DNA of 64,000 bases from Bdellovibrio sp. (GCA_036676395.1 JAKFCY010000002.1:1856001-1920000); one strand, 5' to 3'. Shown: positions 10,308-21,183, counted from the first letter of the stretch. The notes: generated by a model from the sequence alone, not told the origin. A program made the numbers and translations.

Positions 10308-10499
10308 GCATTTGTTTTCAACAAAATTAAGCATTCTCCGGTTTACGGATTTCGCGAACTTTTTAATCACATTACGCGCCGCTTGCAATGGCCATCATTA
10401 TGCTACTCCTCACGGTAAACAAACAGTCAACATTTAAGCCATGTCGGTTTTAGTGTTGACTCAATTCTGCGCCCAAAGGAAAAAGAAGAAGGAGGGCAT

Positions 10500-10952
10500 A
10501 TGTCTGGAATTAACAAAGTAATTATTGTTGGCCGTTTAGGTCAAGACCCCGAGATGAAAGCTGTTGGCCAAGGTGCTACAGTTACCCGTCTTAACGTTGC
10601 TACAAGTGAATCTTGGACTGATAAAACAGGTAACAAGCAAGAACGCACTGAATGGCACCGTATTACGGTATGGGGAAAATTAGCCGAACTTTGCGGTAAG
10701 TATTTAGCAAAAGGACGCATGGTTTACGTAGAAGGTAAACTTCAAACACGTTCATGGGAAGACAACGGACAAAAGAAATACGCTACAGAAATCGTAGCTT
10801 CTACTGTTCAGTTTTTAGGTGGTGCTAGCACTAACGCCGGAGCTTCTAACAACCAAAATGATTCATCAGTGAATCAAGGTGGCGGAGACTTCAATTTTTC
10901 TGATTTCGGTCCGGAGCCTAGCTTCAACCAATCTGAAGACATCCCATTCTAA
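10500..10952 (+). CDS. ssb: Single-stranded DNA-binding protein
   Basis: [22 protein letters not shown]-terminal DIPF; SD GGAGG upstream. Confidence 0.98.
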   Translation: MSGINKVIIVGRLGQDPEMKAVGQGATVTRLNVATSESWTDKTGNKQERTEWHRITVWGKLAELCGKYLAKGRMVYVEGKLQTRSWEDNGQKKYATEIVASTVQFLGGASTNAGASNNQNDSSVNQGGGDFNFSDFGPEPSFNQSEDIPF

Positions 10953-11032
10953 GCTGATAAGCTGATTTGCTTTCAGCAAAATTCTTACTGTAAAATTTAA
11001 GCCTTTTCTTTTTCAAAAAACACGCTCAAACT

Positions 11033-11332
11033 ATGAGAGTGAAGACAAAGAAAAGGCTTTTTTTATTTTTATTTCTGACACTTTCTTCGTGCTCAATTTA
11101 CAAATCAGCAGATCGTGCTGACTTTGAATCAGAATCACCTACTTTTAAAATTAAAAGTCTGCAGAAGACCACGTGTTCACCACAAAGCTTAGCCAGTGAA
11201 TCTTCGCAAAGCCGTTTAATCACCACGATTAATGATGAATTTTTATGGGAACACCAAGTTCAACAACACCCCTATTACGAATCTAACGATTTAAAAGGCA
11301 CTTACTGCTTGTATGACGTTACTTTCGAATAA
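11033..11332 (+). CDS. Hypothetical lipoprotein
   Basis: Basic N-terminus, hydrophobic stretch and lipobox LSS|C. Confidence 0.7.
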   Translation: MRVKTKKRLFLFLFLTLSSCSIYKSADRADFESESPTFKIKSLQKTTCSPQSLASESSQSRLITTINDEFLWEHQVQQHPYYESNDLKGTYCLYDVTFE

Positions 11333-12311
11333 GTTAGCCCTCATCCTTAGCCTTATGTTTTTAACAGTGCCAGCCCTGGCCTATAAGGTTAAAGACATCA
11401 CTGGAAAAAAAATCCTGATCGATCTTGAAGGCGAAAAACTTTTTGTCGGCGATGTCGTCATTTCAATTGATAAAACACCAAACGGACCAGAAATCGCAGG
11501 TTCAGCCAAAGTATTACAAGTTCGCGAAAAACTAGCTGTTGCCGCTATTTCAGATGGTAAATTTATCATTGGCAAAAAGATCGCGCGTAAAGCTGCCGAA
11601 AAGACCGCTGTTGAAATTGCTAAAGAACAACAACCTAAATTAGTTGCTGAACCTGAATACGCCGAAGATGAAGAAATTTACGAAACCTCGCAACAACGCC
11701 GTCAGCGCTTAAAATCTTCTGACGAAGATGGCATCGTGTTTCGTCGTGACATGATGAAGGTGTCACTTATAGGCTCTTTTACGCAGGATAAAATCTCGGC
11801 TAAGCAAGCCGATGACACTTTACCTTTTGCCGTTGAAGAAATCGTTGCTATGGAAGGTTCAGGGGCTGGAGTTGGTCTTGCTTTTGATTACCCATCACAA
11901 TGGGGCGTAACTTTGCGCGGGGTTATATTAAATGAAAAGCTATCTGTTTCTGGCTTGTCGATCAACGAGGATATGTGTAACGGAAAAACTTCGCAAATCT
12001 GCTCAGTTAATGTGAATTACCTAAGTTTAGGTGGCCATTTACGTTTCGATTACAACATTAGTCGATTAACATTCTGGGCTGCCGGCGGTGCAGTTTTTAA
12101 ATATCCCACCTCGGTGGAAACTACAGCTTTGCGTACTGCAGATTTAAAACTAGCCAATGCCATCGTTGCCAGTGGTGGATTTGACTTCGCTTTTAATAAT
12201 CGTTTTTTTATGCCGTTAGCTTTTGAATATCACTACTCATTAAATAAATCAGACACGGTGTCTATAATTGACCACTCGGCATTTTTTGTCGGTTTTGGCG
12301 CTAAATTTTAG
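11313..12311 (+). CDS. Secreted protein with predicted C-terminal outer-membrane beta-barrel
   Basis: Signal peptide (ALA), alternating amphipathic strands, terminal FFVGFGAKF. Confidence 0.7.
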   Translation: MTLLSNKLALILSLMFLTVPALAYKVKDITGKKILIDLEGEKLFVGDVVISIDKTPNGPEIAGSAKVLQVREKLAVAAISDGKFIIGKKIARKAAEKTAVEIAKEQQPKLVAEPEYAEDEEIYETSQQRRQRLKSSDEDGIVFRRDMMKVSLIGSFTQDKISAKQADDTLPFAVEEIVAMEGSGAGVGLAFDYPSQWGVTLRGVILNEKLSVSGLSINEDMCNGKTSQICSVNVNYLSLGGHLRFDYNISRLTFWAAGGAVFKYPTSVETTALRTADLKLANAIVASGGFDFAFNNRFFMPLAFEYHYSLNKSDTVSIIDHSAFFVGFGAKF

Positions 12312-13317
12312 ACCAGCTATTTACATCAATCACAAGATTAGAAAAACCAGCAATCCAATTTGCGTTATCATTCAACGAAGGCACCATTTTAAATTGCTCA
12401 CCACCCCACGTTTGAAATTGGTGATGCAATTCGATATTGATTTCTTCTAAAGTCTCAAGGCCATCAGTCACAAACGCTGGGCATGCGACCACTAACGATT
12501 TCACCTGCTTTTGCTTAACTAAATCTTCGGTAGTTTTTTCAGTCGCTGGCTCTAACCATTTTTTATAACCCACACGGGATTGAAAACATAAGGTGTATTT
12601 ATCTGGATTTAAATTTAATTTGGCGGCTAATAATTTTACGGTTTGTTGGCATTGAGCATAGTAACAACGAGAAATATCCGGACGCTCACAACATTTCTGA
12701 TTTAACTCACATCCTGGATTTTTTTGAATTTGTGAAACTGGCAGCCCGTGAAATGAAAATACCAGGTGTTCATTATTTTGAATATAAGGCTTAATTTGAT
12801 CGGCCCATGAATTAATAAAACTTTGATGGTTGTAAAAGGGCTTTAAAGTTTTTACGCTCTTTTGTTTTGGCCATAACTGACTGACTACAGGCAATAAGAC
12901 GTCAAAAGCTGAACCAGTCGTAGCCATCGCAAACTGTGGGTATAATGGCGCTATCAGGATTTCGTCATAGTTATTATTTTTATAAGAAGCAAGAGTTGCT
13001 TGCGCTGATTTTTCACCGTAGCGCCAATGAATGACTACATCTGTATCAGGCAATTTTTTAGCAACTAAATTGGCAAACTTTGTTGTCTCAACAACCAAAG
13101 GCGAACCATCAGGAGTCCAAATACTTTGATATTTTTTCGCTGACGGTTTTTTACGACGAGGCACAATGCCAATATGAACTAGAATAGATCTAAAAAACCA
13201 AGGCATGTCTAAAATACGCTGATCCATTAAAAATCGCCCAAGATATTTACCGACCGCTTTGGGCGTGGGCTCAGAAGGGCTTCCGATTTGACTTAAAATT
13301 AATAACTTTTTACCCAT
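12301..13317 (-). CDS. hemH: Ferrochelatase with a Cys-rich internal insert (probable [2Fe-2S] type)
   Basis: PLYPQF, FSFHGLP, FQSR, DGLETLEEI motifs; insert C-x5-CC-x7-C. Confidence 0.95.
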   Translation of the reverse strand: MGKKLLILSQIGSPSEPTPKAVGKYLGRFLMDQRILDMPWFFRSILVHIGIVPRRKKPSAKKYQSIWTPDGSPLVVETTKFANLVAKKLPDTDVVIHWRYGEKSAQATLASYKNNNYDEILIAPLYPQFAMATTGSAFDVLLPVVSQLWPKQKSVKTLKPFYNHQSFINSWADQIKPYIQNNEHLVFSFHGLPVSQIQKNPGCELNQKCCERPDISRCYYAQCQQTVKLLAAKLNLNPDKYTLCFQSRVGYKKWLEPATEKTTEDLVKQKQVKSLVVACPAFVTDGLETLEEINIELHHQFQTWGGEQFKMVPSLNDNANWIAGFSNLVIDVNSWSKI

Positions 13318-14497
13318 ATTTGGCCTTCAACTTTTCTGCTAAAATAATATTTTGATCATAGATTTTAGCAAGCCCTATTTTACCTAAGTAATTTCCGGCC
13401 AAATAAATATTTTTATTTGCTAAGCTGTTTTGCGTTTCTGCTAACTCAGAAAGAAATCGCTGTAACTGCTGGTTATAAGCAGGAATTGCTTTGGGCCAAC
13501 GTGTGATGTGATATTCAGAAGGCTCACCTTGATTTGCAAATAGTCTATGGCGATCTGCTAAAATGGATTTCTTAATTTGTTCGTCGGTTAAATTTTTCAG
13601 GTCTTGACTGATAATCCAAGTTTCAGAAGGGTTTGGCCCGCGGTCAGTAAAAATACATGAATTCACTAATACGCCCGCAGCGAAAAAATTTTCGCTTGGC
13701 GGAAATAGACAGCCAAAACCACTTAATGTGGCTGTATTCATTGGCCAAACTAACGTTACTGAAATTAATGGAACAGATTCAATATTTTTTAACTGAGTTT
13801 GCGGTAATAATAAAGCTGCATCCCAGGCAGAAGTTGCAATAACAATTACATCTTTATCTTGAAGCGACAGTTCGCTCAAACTTTTAACGTCTTGCTTAAC
13901 AATCTGCAGTTTTGCTTTAAGGGCATTAATTAACTGGCCCATCCCTTTTTTAGGAGCATAAGTTGTTGGTTTATATTTTTTGGCTTTTTTAAACTCATTT
14001 ACAGCTTTAAAAGAATCTAAAACGGCTTTGGCATTCAGCTTTGTGGCTGGTAAGGCAAAAATTCCGCGAACTGCCGAAGTTAAAACGTAGTCTGTAAACT
14101 TTTGACCGAAGTTTTTTATTCCCCAATCATTTAAGCTTAAGTGCGGATCTGGTTTTTTCTTTGTGAAAACAAATTTAGCCAACTTTGAAACTAGAAAAAA
14201 AGTTTCACTTAGACTTAGCGGCCAACGTTTTGCTTCACCAGCACGAAAGATAAATCGTTTGCTAGAGATTTTTTGTGAAGCTAAAAATTCAATTTCTAAT
14301 TCTTTGGCCAGATTTTCTAAGCGCGGCGTCCACAATAGGCCATTCGCGGCAGTTTCACGAAGATGGGTCGCTGATTGATGCGTTTGAATTAATCCGCCAA
14401 TTCGGTCTTTTTCATAGAGCGTTACACTAAGACCTGCTTTTTGCAGCTCCCAAGCAAGCGTTAACCCTGTAAAGCCTGCTCCGATGATATGAATCAT
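13310..14497 (-). CDS. hemY: HemY-type protoporphyrinogen oxidase (FAD-dependent)
   Basis: IIGAGFTGL dinucleotide motif, GG-x-I-x-T, GFGCL, WPKAIPAY, LAGNY; haem operon. Confidence 0.9.
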   Translation of the reverse strand: MIHIIGAGFTGLTLAWELQKAGLSVTLYEKDRIGGLIQTHQSATHLRETAANGLLWTPRLENLAKELEIEFLASQKISSKRFIFRAGEAKRWPLSLSETFFLVSKLAKFVFTKKKPDPHLSLNDWGIKNFGQKFTDYVLTSAVRGIFALPATKLNAKAVLDSFKAVNEFKKAKKYKPTTYAPKKGMGQLINALKAKLQIVKQDVKSLSELSLQDKDVIVIATSAWDAALLLPQTQLKNIESVPLISVTLVWPMNTATLSGFGCLFPPSENFFAAGVLVNSCIFTDRGPNPSETWIISQDLKNLTDEQIKKSILADRHRLFANQGEPSEYHITRWPKAIPAYNQQLQRFLSELAETQNSLANKNIYLAGNYLGKIGLAKIYDQNIILAEKLKAKYG

Positions 14498-15840
14498 AAT
14501 GACGAAGAAAAAATTCTTGTTTGTGGTTTATTACGCTTCAAATGCTCATCAAAAAAAATGCAGATATTACGTAAAAATGGTTTTCCCTGTTCGCTGACAA
14601 GCAGACGATCACCCAGAATTGTGACTAAATTGTCATTGATCATTTCACGCAAAAATTCAGGAGCTTGTTTTGTTTGCTCGGGGTTCATTTTAACCTGATA
14701 GCTTGTCATCAATGATAAAATCTGCTCGCGACGAGAAACATCTTCTTCTGTTAAAATATGCCCGCGCGCTGTTGGAATCACACCAGAATTAATTAACTCT
14801 TCGTATTTCGGAAGAATTTTTTCATTCTGATGAAAAGATTGTGGTGATTCAGAAATACTGCTGACTCCAAGACCTAACATCACCTGCGATTTTTGATCGG
14901 TGTAACCCATAAAGTTTCTATGCAACTTATGATCAGTCATCGCTACGGCTAAAGCTTCGTCTTTTAACGCGAAATGATCCATACCCACTTCAACATAACC
15001 AAAATTTAATAATTCAGTACGGGCGTATTCATAAAGATCGCGTTTTTCTTTACCCGTCGGCAGATCTTCGTCTTTAAATAATCTTTGTGCAGGTTTAATC
15101 CACGGCACCAAGGCAAAACTATATAAAGCAATGCGATTTGGGCGCAGTTTTTTCGTTTGCGCAATCGTGTGCTCCATTGTCGCACGTGTTTGTTTCGCTA
15201 AGCCATAAATTAAATCATAATTGACTGAATCAAAACCGATTTCACGCGCATAGCGAGTGATGCTTTCAGTTTCTTCAAAAGACTGCAGGCGATTTACTAG
15301 ACGTTGAATTTCAGGATTAAAATCTTGCACGCCTAAGCTAATACGACGAAATCCTAATTTGTATAATATCTGAAGTTGTTCACGGTTAGTTCTACGAGGA
15401 TCTACCTCGATTGAACCTTCAAAATTTGCACCGCGCGTAGTTTGATCTAAAATCGGCGTTAACATCTGTGCTAAATGATCTGCTGATAGAAAAGTAGGTG
15501 TGCCGCCGCCTAAGTGCATACCTTGCAGTTGTGCTTTTGAGAATTCAGGCACCATCTGGCGATATAAATCCCATTCTTTTAAAATTAATTTTAAATACGG
15601 GTCTTCTTTTTTATGATCTTTAGTAATAATCGTATTACAGCCGCAAAACGTGCAGAGCGTTTCACAAAAAGGCACATGAATATACATCGACCATTGGCTT
15701 CTGCCGCCGTCCAGGCCTTGGCGTAAATGCGCTAACCACTGCTCTTGCGTGGGTGCTGCCCCCCAATAAGGAACTGTCGGATAACTTGTGTAACGTGGGG
15801 CTGGTATATCGTATTTAGCAAATAACATTGAATCATTCAT
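14494..15840 (-). CDS. hemN: Oxygen-independent coproporphyrinogen III dehydrogenase (radical SAM)
   Basis: PRYTSYPT, CETLCTFC, GGGTPT, HRNFMGY. Probable start 15840 (the ORF track extends to 15909). Confidence 0.95.
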   Translation of the reverse strand: MNDSMLFAKYDIPAPRYTSYPTVPYWGAAPTQEQWLAHLRQGLDGGRSQWSMYIHVPFCETLCTFCGCNTIITKDHKKEDPYLKLILKEWDLYRQMVPEFSKAQLQGMHLGGGTPTFLSADHLAQMLTPILDQTTRGANFEGSIEVDPRRTNREQLQILYKLGFRRISLGVQDFNPEIQRLVNRLQSFEETESITRYAREIGFDSVNYDLIYGLAKQTRATMEHTIAQTKKLRPNRIALYSFALVPWIKPAQRLFKDEDLPTGKEKRDLYEYARTELLNFGYVEVGMDHFALKDEALAVAMTDHKLHRNFMGYTDQKSQVMLGLGVSSISESPQSFHQNEKILPKYEELINSGVIPTARGHILTEEDVSRREQILSLMTSYQVKMNPEQTKQAPEFLREMINDNLVTILGDRLLVSEQGKPFLRNICIFFDEHLKRNKPQTRIFSSSL

Positions 15841-16843
15841 GAAAAACTTCACGCGTGATTTGCACGAAACGACGAACGTTAGCTTCAGGAGTTTTTGGCA
15901 ATACGCCATGGCCTAAACCACAAACCCATTGACTTCGCTGTTCAGGAGTTAATTTTTTAAAATCCTCCAAATATAATCGGTAAGTTTTTTCAAACTCTTG
16001 CGCTGGTAAAAACAATAACGCTTGGTCAAAATTACCTTGCACAAAACCCGGCGTCGCCAGTTCAGTTTTATTTAAAATGCCTGGTAAATTCCAACGGTGA
16101 TCAAAGCCCATCCCTGCCCACGGAAGATCTAAAAATTCTTTAGTAAAGAATGATCTTTGTGTGCCTTTTGAATAATAGCCGAGTTTTCCTGGGTATGCTT
16201 TCGCAAGTTCAGACAGAAGCGGCGCAATCCATTTTTGAAATAAAGCTGGGCTGACTTCGCCAGCTGCCGTATCAAAAATCATCACAGCATCTGCGCCACC
16301 TTCAAATTGAATACGAATGTTTTCTTTTAAAAGCAGAAGCATGATTTTCGCAAATTTTTGAAATAGCTCATAGTCATTTTTACTGTGAATTAAAGATCCC
16401 GCATGTGAACCCTCAACCGCATAAACGAATAATGTCCAAAGACCACCGACAAAACCCGTTACATGCTTTTGTGCCGGAATTTTTTGGCGAGTTAAAATCA
16501 TTGCTTCTTTTTGAAAATGCAATTTAGGCAAAGCATCTGTCCAAGGCACTAATTTATCAATTGTAGTTGGGTTTAATTGAAAACCTAAACGTGGGCCATG
16601 ATCAGTGTATTCTAAACCCATGCCTAAAGCTTCTAAAGGAAACAAAATATCAGAAAATAAAATTGAAACGTCGAAATCAAAATCTTGCACAGGGCCCAAA
16701 GCTACTTCAGATGCAAGTTCAGGATTTTTACATAAATCCATGAAGGAGTGTTTGGCGCGTAAATTTTGATAATGAGAATGGTAGCGACCCGCTTGGCGCA
16801 TCATCCATACTGGAGGCGCTTTTGTTTTAGTTTGAAAAATCAT
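15833..16843 (-). CDS. hemE: Uroporphyrinogen decarboxylase
   Basis: PVWMMRQAGRY, LFSDIL, LGHGV. Confidence 0.97.
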   Translation of the reverse strand: MIFQTKTKAPPVWMMRQAGRYHSHYQNLRAKHSFMDLCKNPELASEVALGPVQDFDFDVSILFSDILFPLEALGMGLEYTDHGPRLGFQLNPTTIDKLVPWTDALPKLHFQKEAMILTRQKIPAQKHVTGFVGGLWTLFVYAVEGSHAGSLIHSKNDYELFQKFAKIMLLLLKENIRIQFEGGADAVMIFDTAAGEVSPALFQKWIAPLLSELAKAYPGKLGYYSKGTQRSFFTKEFLDLPWAGMGFDHRWNLPGILNKTELATPGFVQGNFDQALLFLPAQEFEKTYRLYLEDFKKLTPEQRSQWVCGLGHGVLPKTPEANVRRFVQITREVFHE

Positions 16844-17538
16844 ATTTGTTCTCCGCTTGCTTTGGTTTCATAGACATAACCCACACCACGAACTGATCTG
16901 ATCATCTGTTCGTCAGTATCACCGATCAACTGGCGAAGGCGTGCAATCGCATTATCAATTGTGCGATGGCTGGTTTCGCTATCAGCGCCCCAAACCAAAT
17001 TAATAATCTGGTCGCGGCTGACTGGTGATCCCGGATGGGCTATGAGGTGTTTTAGAATTTTAAGATCGTTAACCGGTGGGTATTCAATGCCGCCACCCTG
17101 GCGATAGACTGCAAATGTAGTAAAATTAATTTTTACTTTACCCACTTCAACTTCGATTTGATTTGGGTGGGCTTCAAAGATATGCCCGATACGTAAGATT
17201 AATTCTTTTAAGTGAAAGGGTTTCGGAATAAATTCTTGGATACCGATTTCGTAACCCTTTAAACGAGTCTCAGGGTCACCTTGTGCTGATAAAATTAATA
17301 CGGGTGGCTTGTATGACAAAGTTTCTAATTTTTTAACCAAGTCTAAACCATGACCGTCAGGCAAACCTAAATCACAAATTAATAAATCAAAGGCTTCACT
17401 TCTTAAATACTGTTCGGCTTTAGCTAAATTGTTGGCCCATTTAACGTTATAGTCACGACCTAGGCTAGTTTGTAAACCTTCACCTAAAGTAGAATCATCT
17501 TCGACTAATAAAATGCTTTTTTGAGGAGTTATGCTCAT
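16840..17538 (-). CDS. OmpR/PhoB-family response regulator
   Basis: LLVEDD, phospho-acceptor in ICDLGLPDG, KPF; winged helix RTIDNAIARLR...SVRGVGY. Confidence 0.93.
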   Translation of the reverse strand: MSITPQKSILLVEDDSTLGEGLQTSLGRDYNVKWANNLAKAEQYLRSEAFDLLICDLGLPDGHGLDLVKKLETLSYKPPVLILSAQGDPETRLKGYEIGIQEFIPKPFHLKELILRIGHIFEAHPNQIEVEVGKVKINFTTFAVYRQGGGIEYPPVNDLKILKHLIAHPGSPVSRDQIINLVWGADSETSHRTIDNAIARLRQLIGDTDEQMIRSVRGVGYVYETKASGEQI

Positions 17539-18413
17539 TTAAGCTTTTTTCCTTTTGGTAAAATCACTAACACCATCAATTGTGAAGCTTGCCCTTGGGT
17601 AAACTTAATGCTGCCACCTAATTTTTCCACTAAAAAACGCGTAAGGTACAAACCTAAGCCATTGCCGTGCGAAGATTTTGGCTGGATAAAGTTTTTACCT
17701 AATTCATTAATATTACCGGTAAAGGCTTGGCCGTTGGCTTGAAATTGAATTTCAATTTCGCTGTTTACGGGTTTTACTGCTAACTGTAATTTAGTCGCTT
17801 TACCATGCATCACTGCATTTTGAATTAAGTTACGAAAAACACTGCGAAGAGCTAATTCATCACCAAACACTTGCGCATCACTGGTCATGCTGAATTCTAA
17901 CTCTGGCCATTCATTACGAATCGCCGACATAACAGAAGAGATTTTCACATCTTGCAGGTGTAACACCTGAGTTTCACCGCGGGCGACCCACAATGAGTTT
18001 TCTAACTGCAGATCCAACTGATTCATATTTTCACCAAAACGGTTTAATACCTGTTGGTCAAAATTATCGCGAAGTAAATCTGATTGTAGTCTTAATCTTG
18101 AAATCGATGTTTTTAAATCATGAGCGAAGTTTCCAAAAAACATACGAATCTGTTCCTGGCGCTCTAAATCTTTTTTCGCCAGAATAATTAATCCAACACC
18201 ACCTATGATAACTGCCAAAAAGAAAAACAATCCTTCTGACATAATCATGCGGTTTGAGCGGGCGAACCCTTCACCCGACATTAAAGTCTTCATAGCCTCA
18301 AGCTGGCGCAGACTTAATAGCCACCACCACATCGTCAATGCCCCGATTAACACGAGCCATAAAATCGATAGGTAAAAGCGCAGTCTGCTTTGCGAGAGAG
18401 CTTTCGGATTCAC
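17535..18413 (-). CDS. Sensor histidine kinase with two TM helices and a short loop
   Basis: H-box FAHDLKT, N-box NLIQNA, G2 box GNGLGL; G1 box degenerate (ANGQA). Confidence 0.9.
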   Translation of the reverse strand: MNPKALSQSRLRFYLSILWLVLIGALTMWWWLLSLRQLEAMKTLMSGEGFARSNRMIMSEGLFFFLAVIIGGVGLIILAKKDLERQEQIRMFFGNFAHDLKTSISRLRLQSDLLRDNFDQQVLNRFGENMNQLDLQLENSLWVARGETQVLHLQDVKISSVMSAIRNEWPELEFSMTSDAQVFGDELALRSVFRNLIQNAVMHGKATKLQLAVKPVNSEIEIQFQANGQAFTGNINELGKNFIQPKSSHGNGLGLYLTRFLVEKLGGSIKFTQGQASQLMVLVILPKGKKLK

Positions 18414-19696
18414 GCTAGTGATTCTCCTAGGATTTTCACCATGTCATTAATCACTTCATCTGTGTGAGCCAATGATAAAAACCCAACTTCATAAGCGTTC
18501 GGCGCTAAATATAAACCGCGATCTAATGAATTTAAGAATAATTTTTTAAAAGTTTCTTTTTGTTCTGCCGGAATTTGTTCAACCTGACGTAATGGAAGAC
18601 CAGAAGCTGTTTTATTGTGTAACCAGAATAAACTGCCGTAACGAACAAAATTTAAAGGTAAATTTAAATTTTTAATCACATCATTGATTTTATTTTCTAA
18701 ATTTTGACCGCGTGTTTCTAAAACTTTCCAGCCATCGACGCGCTCCATTTTTTCTAATGTCGCAAGCCCTGCAACCATTCCTACCGGATTAGCACTTAAT
18801 GTACCTGCTTGGTAAACTTGTCCAAGTGGTGCAATTAAATCCATTAGATCACGGCGTCCGCCGTAGCAGCCGACGGGAAAGCCGCCGCCCAAAATTTTAC
18901 CGTAAGTCACAAGGTCTGGCTTGATTTGTAAAATTTCAGCCATCCCGCCAAGTGCTACGCGAAATCCTGAGATCACTTCATCAAAAATGACCAGCGCGCC
19001 ATTGGCTTTAGCTAGATCGCAGGCTTTTTGGATAAATTCTTTACGTTGAATTAATAAACCATAATTAGCAGGAAGTGGTTCCATGATTAAGGCCGCGATA
19101 TTTTTACCTTCACGCGCGAACACTTCATTTAATGCTGTTTCGTCATCTAATGAAACTGTTAAAGTTTCCGCAGCAGTTTGCGCAGATACGCCGGCGCTGC
19201 TCGATGCGGTAACGCCAGCTAAGCCAGAACCAGCTTTAACAAGCAATGAATCCACATGGCCATGGTAGCAGCCTTCAAATTTTAAAATTTTAGTACGGCC
19301 AGTTGCTGCACGTGCCACGCGAAGTGCACTCATCACAGCTTCAGTACCTGAAGATACAAAACGTAATTTTTCAACCCAAGGAACTCTGGCTTGAATCCAC
19401 TCGCCTAACATTAATGAATAGGGTTCGCAGGCACCGAAGGTCCATGCGGTATCAATCATCTCCATCACTTTTGCTTGAACTTCTGGATCACGATGACCCA
19501 AAATTAATGGACCAAAACTTTGGCAGCAGTCGATATATTTTTTATTTTCAACACTTGTTAAGTAAGCACCTTGTGCTTTGCTAAAAAAAACTGGTGAACG
19601 GCCAAGACCAGCAAAAGATCTTACCGGAGAATGCACGCCACCCGGAGCTACTTTTTTTGCGCGTTCGAAATAATTTTCAGAAGTCATATTACTCAT
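18410..19696 (-). CDS. hemL: Glutamate-1-semialdehyde 2,1-aminomutase
   Basis: [43 protein letters not shown]. Start uncertain between 19687 and 19711. Confidence 0.97.
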   Translation of the reverse strand: MSNMTSENYFERAKKVAPGGVHSPVRSFAGLGRSPVFFSKAQGAYLTSVENKKYIDCCQSFGPLILGHRDPEVQAKVMEMIDTAWTFGACEPYSLMLGEWIQARVPWVEKLRFVSSGTEAVMSALRVARAATGRTKILKFEGCYHGHVDSLLVKAGSGLAGVTASSSAGVSAQTAAETLTVSLDDETALNEVFAREGKNIAALIMEPLPANYGLLIQRKEFIQKACDLAKANGALVIFDEVISGFRVALGGMAEILQIKPDLVTYGKILGGGFPVGCYGGRRDLMDLIAPLGQVYQAGTLSANPVGMVAGLATLEKMERVDGWKVLETRGQNLENKINDVIKNLNLPLNFVRYGSLFWLHNKTASGLPLRQVEQIPAEQKETFKKLFLNSLDRGLYLAPNAYEVGFLSLAHTDEVINDMVKILGESLA

Positions 19697-19698
19697 AA

Positions 19699-21183
19699 CT
19701 AAGATTTCCAACTTTCTTCATTTAGATAGATATATAAATTTTTATCAGAGCCTAAAGCCTCTTTGATCGATTGCCACGTTTTACCTGCTCCGCAGGCATG
19801 AGCACAATTTAAAAAATGCTTCTCTTGAGAGGCGTCTAAGACTGTGCGAGCGGCCTGAAACTGGGTAAAGCTTTTCCAGTAGAAAAAATACTTCTCTGTA
19901 GCTAATACATCGCTTTTTAGCTTTGCGATTTCGCCATCTGCCAATTGAATTTGCAGATCGTAGGTGCCGGCATTAGAGGCCTGAGTGTGCGTCAAAGTGA
20001 CCTGCTCTGGGGTAGATTTACCAATAAGCTGTTCAATTCGAGGATCTTCTGATTCTCCTAAGCCTTCGGCGCAACCATTTACCCACACGCCTTTAGCTGC
20101 TAACTTTTGCCAAGTGTTCGTACCGGCAGCCCAAACAACACCTTTGTAAGAATTTAAATCGACTGAACCTGCAGCTTCACTGCGAGCCACCCAAACCAAA
20201 TCAGTTTGCGCGAGCGAGATATCAGCTTTCTTATTTTGGCGGTCGATTGAAAATGAAAATGTATGTTTAATTAAGTCTTGTGGTGGCTTTTTTGAATTTA
20301 ACAATTGATGTGTATTTAAAACTTCACCCTTTGGTGATAAACCTTTAACGATTAAAATATCACCGTAATGACGTTTTAAAACTGTGACACCGATTTTTTG
20401 ATGGCAGCCGCCACCGTAACCTGAAAACACTTTACGTTCATGATTCACACTGTCTGCTGTATCTTTACAGTGAATTTTAGAAAATATTTCTTTTAAATCC
20501 TGACGATCGCTTTTAATTTCGATCGCAAGGGCTCCTTGAGCTGCCGCATTTGGATTTTCACTCAACGGTGGAACAAGCCAATTACATTTTTCTAAATGCG
20601 TTCGGATTTTTTCTTGCACTGGTTTAAATTCTGGATACGGATGTGCCAACAAACGATCAAGTGCTGCTTTTGCTAAAACTAAACCATCAATAGATTCATC
20701 ATCCATCATTTTTTGCATGCGTGTCGGAATATTTCCGCGCACATTGGCAAATTCGATTTTTTCAGTTGTCCATGGTAAGTGTTTACTTAAAAATGGAATC
20801 AAATTATATTCACGTCGCGGTGATGATGAAAAAATGCGAACGTGTTTTTTGTTTAAGCTGGATTTTTTAATTAAAACTAAGTCACGCTGATCAGCGCGCG
20901 GAAGTGTTGCGACAATCTCAGTGCCTGCGGTTGGCTCGACCGGCAGGTCTTTCCACGAGTGCACGATGAAATCAAATTTACCACTCATTAAGTCTTGATA
21001 GAAATCTTGCGTGAATACGCCTTTTTCAGGCATTTTCCACAAAGGATCTGTTAGATTTTTATCACCTAAAGATTCACGAAAAATATATTCAACATCATGG
21101 CCTAAACTTTTTAGCTTATCACCAACCAAGTACCCTTGCAGACGAGCTAAATCGCTCTGTCTGGCTCCTAAAACTAGCCGCAT
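19699..21183 (-). CDS. hemC: Hydroxymethylbilane synthase with a C-terminal HemD-like extension (probable HemC-HemD fusion)
   Basis: [28 protein letters not shown], cofactor Cys in GGGC; about 190 extra C-terminal residues. Probable start 21183. Confidence 0.9.
   Translation of the reverse strand: MRLVLGARQSDLARLQGYLVGDKLKSLGHDVEYIFRESLGDKNLTDPLWKMPEKGVFTQDFYQDLMSGKFDFIVHSWKDLPVEPTAGTEIVATLPRADQRDLVLIKKSSLNKKHVRIFSSSPRREYNLIPFLSKHLPWTTEKIEFANVRGNIPTRMQKMMDDESIDGLVLAKAALDRLLAHPYPEFKPVQEKIRTHLEKCNWLVPPLSENPNAAAQGALAIEIKSDRQDLKEIFSKIHCKDTADSVNHERKVFSGYGGGCHQKIGVTVLKRHYGDILIVKGLSPKGEVLNTHQLLNSKKPPQDLIKHTFSFSIDRQNKKADISLAQTDLVWVARSEAAGSVDLNSYKGVVWAAGTNTWQKLAAKGVWVNGCAEGLGESEDPRIEQLIGKSTPEQVTLTHTQASNAGTYDLQIQLADGEIAKLKSDVLATEKYFFYWKSFTQFQAARTVLDASQEKHFLNCAHACGAGKTWQSIKEALGSDKNLYIYLNEESWKS

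Noticed and set aside
10301..10335. 12-bp direct repeat AAATTAAGCATT at the gspN stop and 23 bp later
   Set aside because: AT-rich, only two copies, no mobile element between them; could be chance or a micro-duplication.
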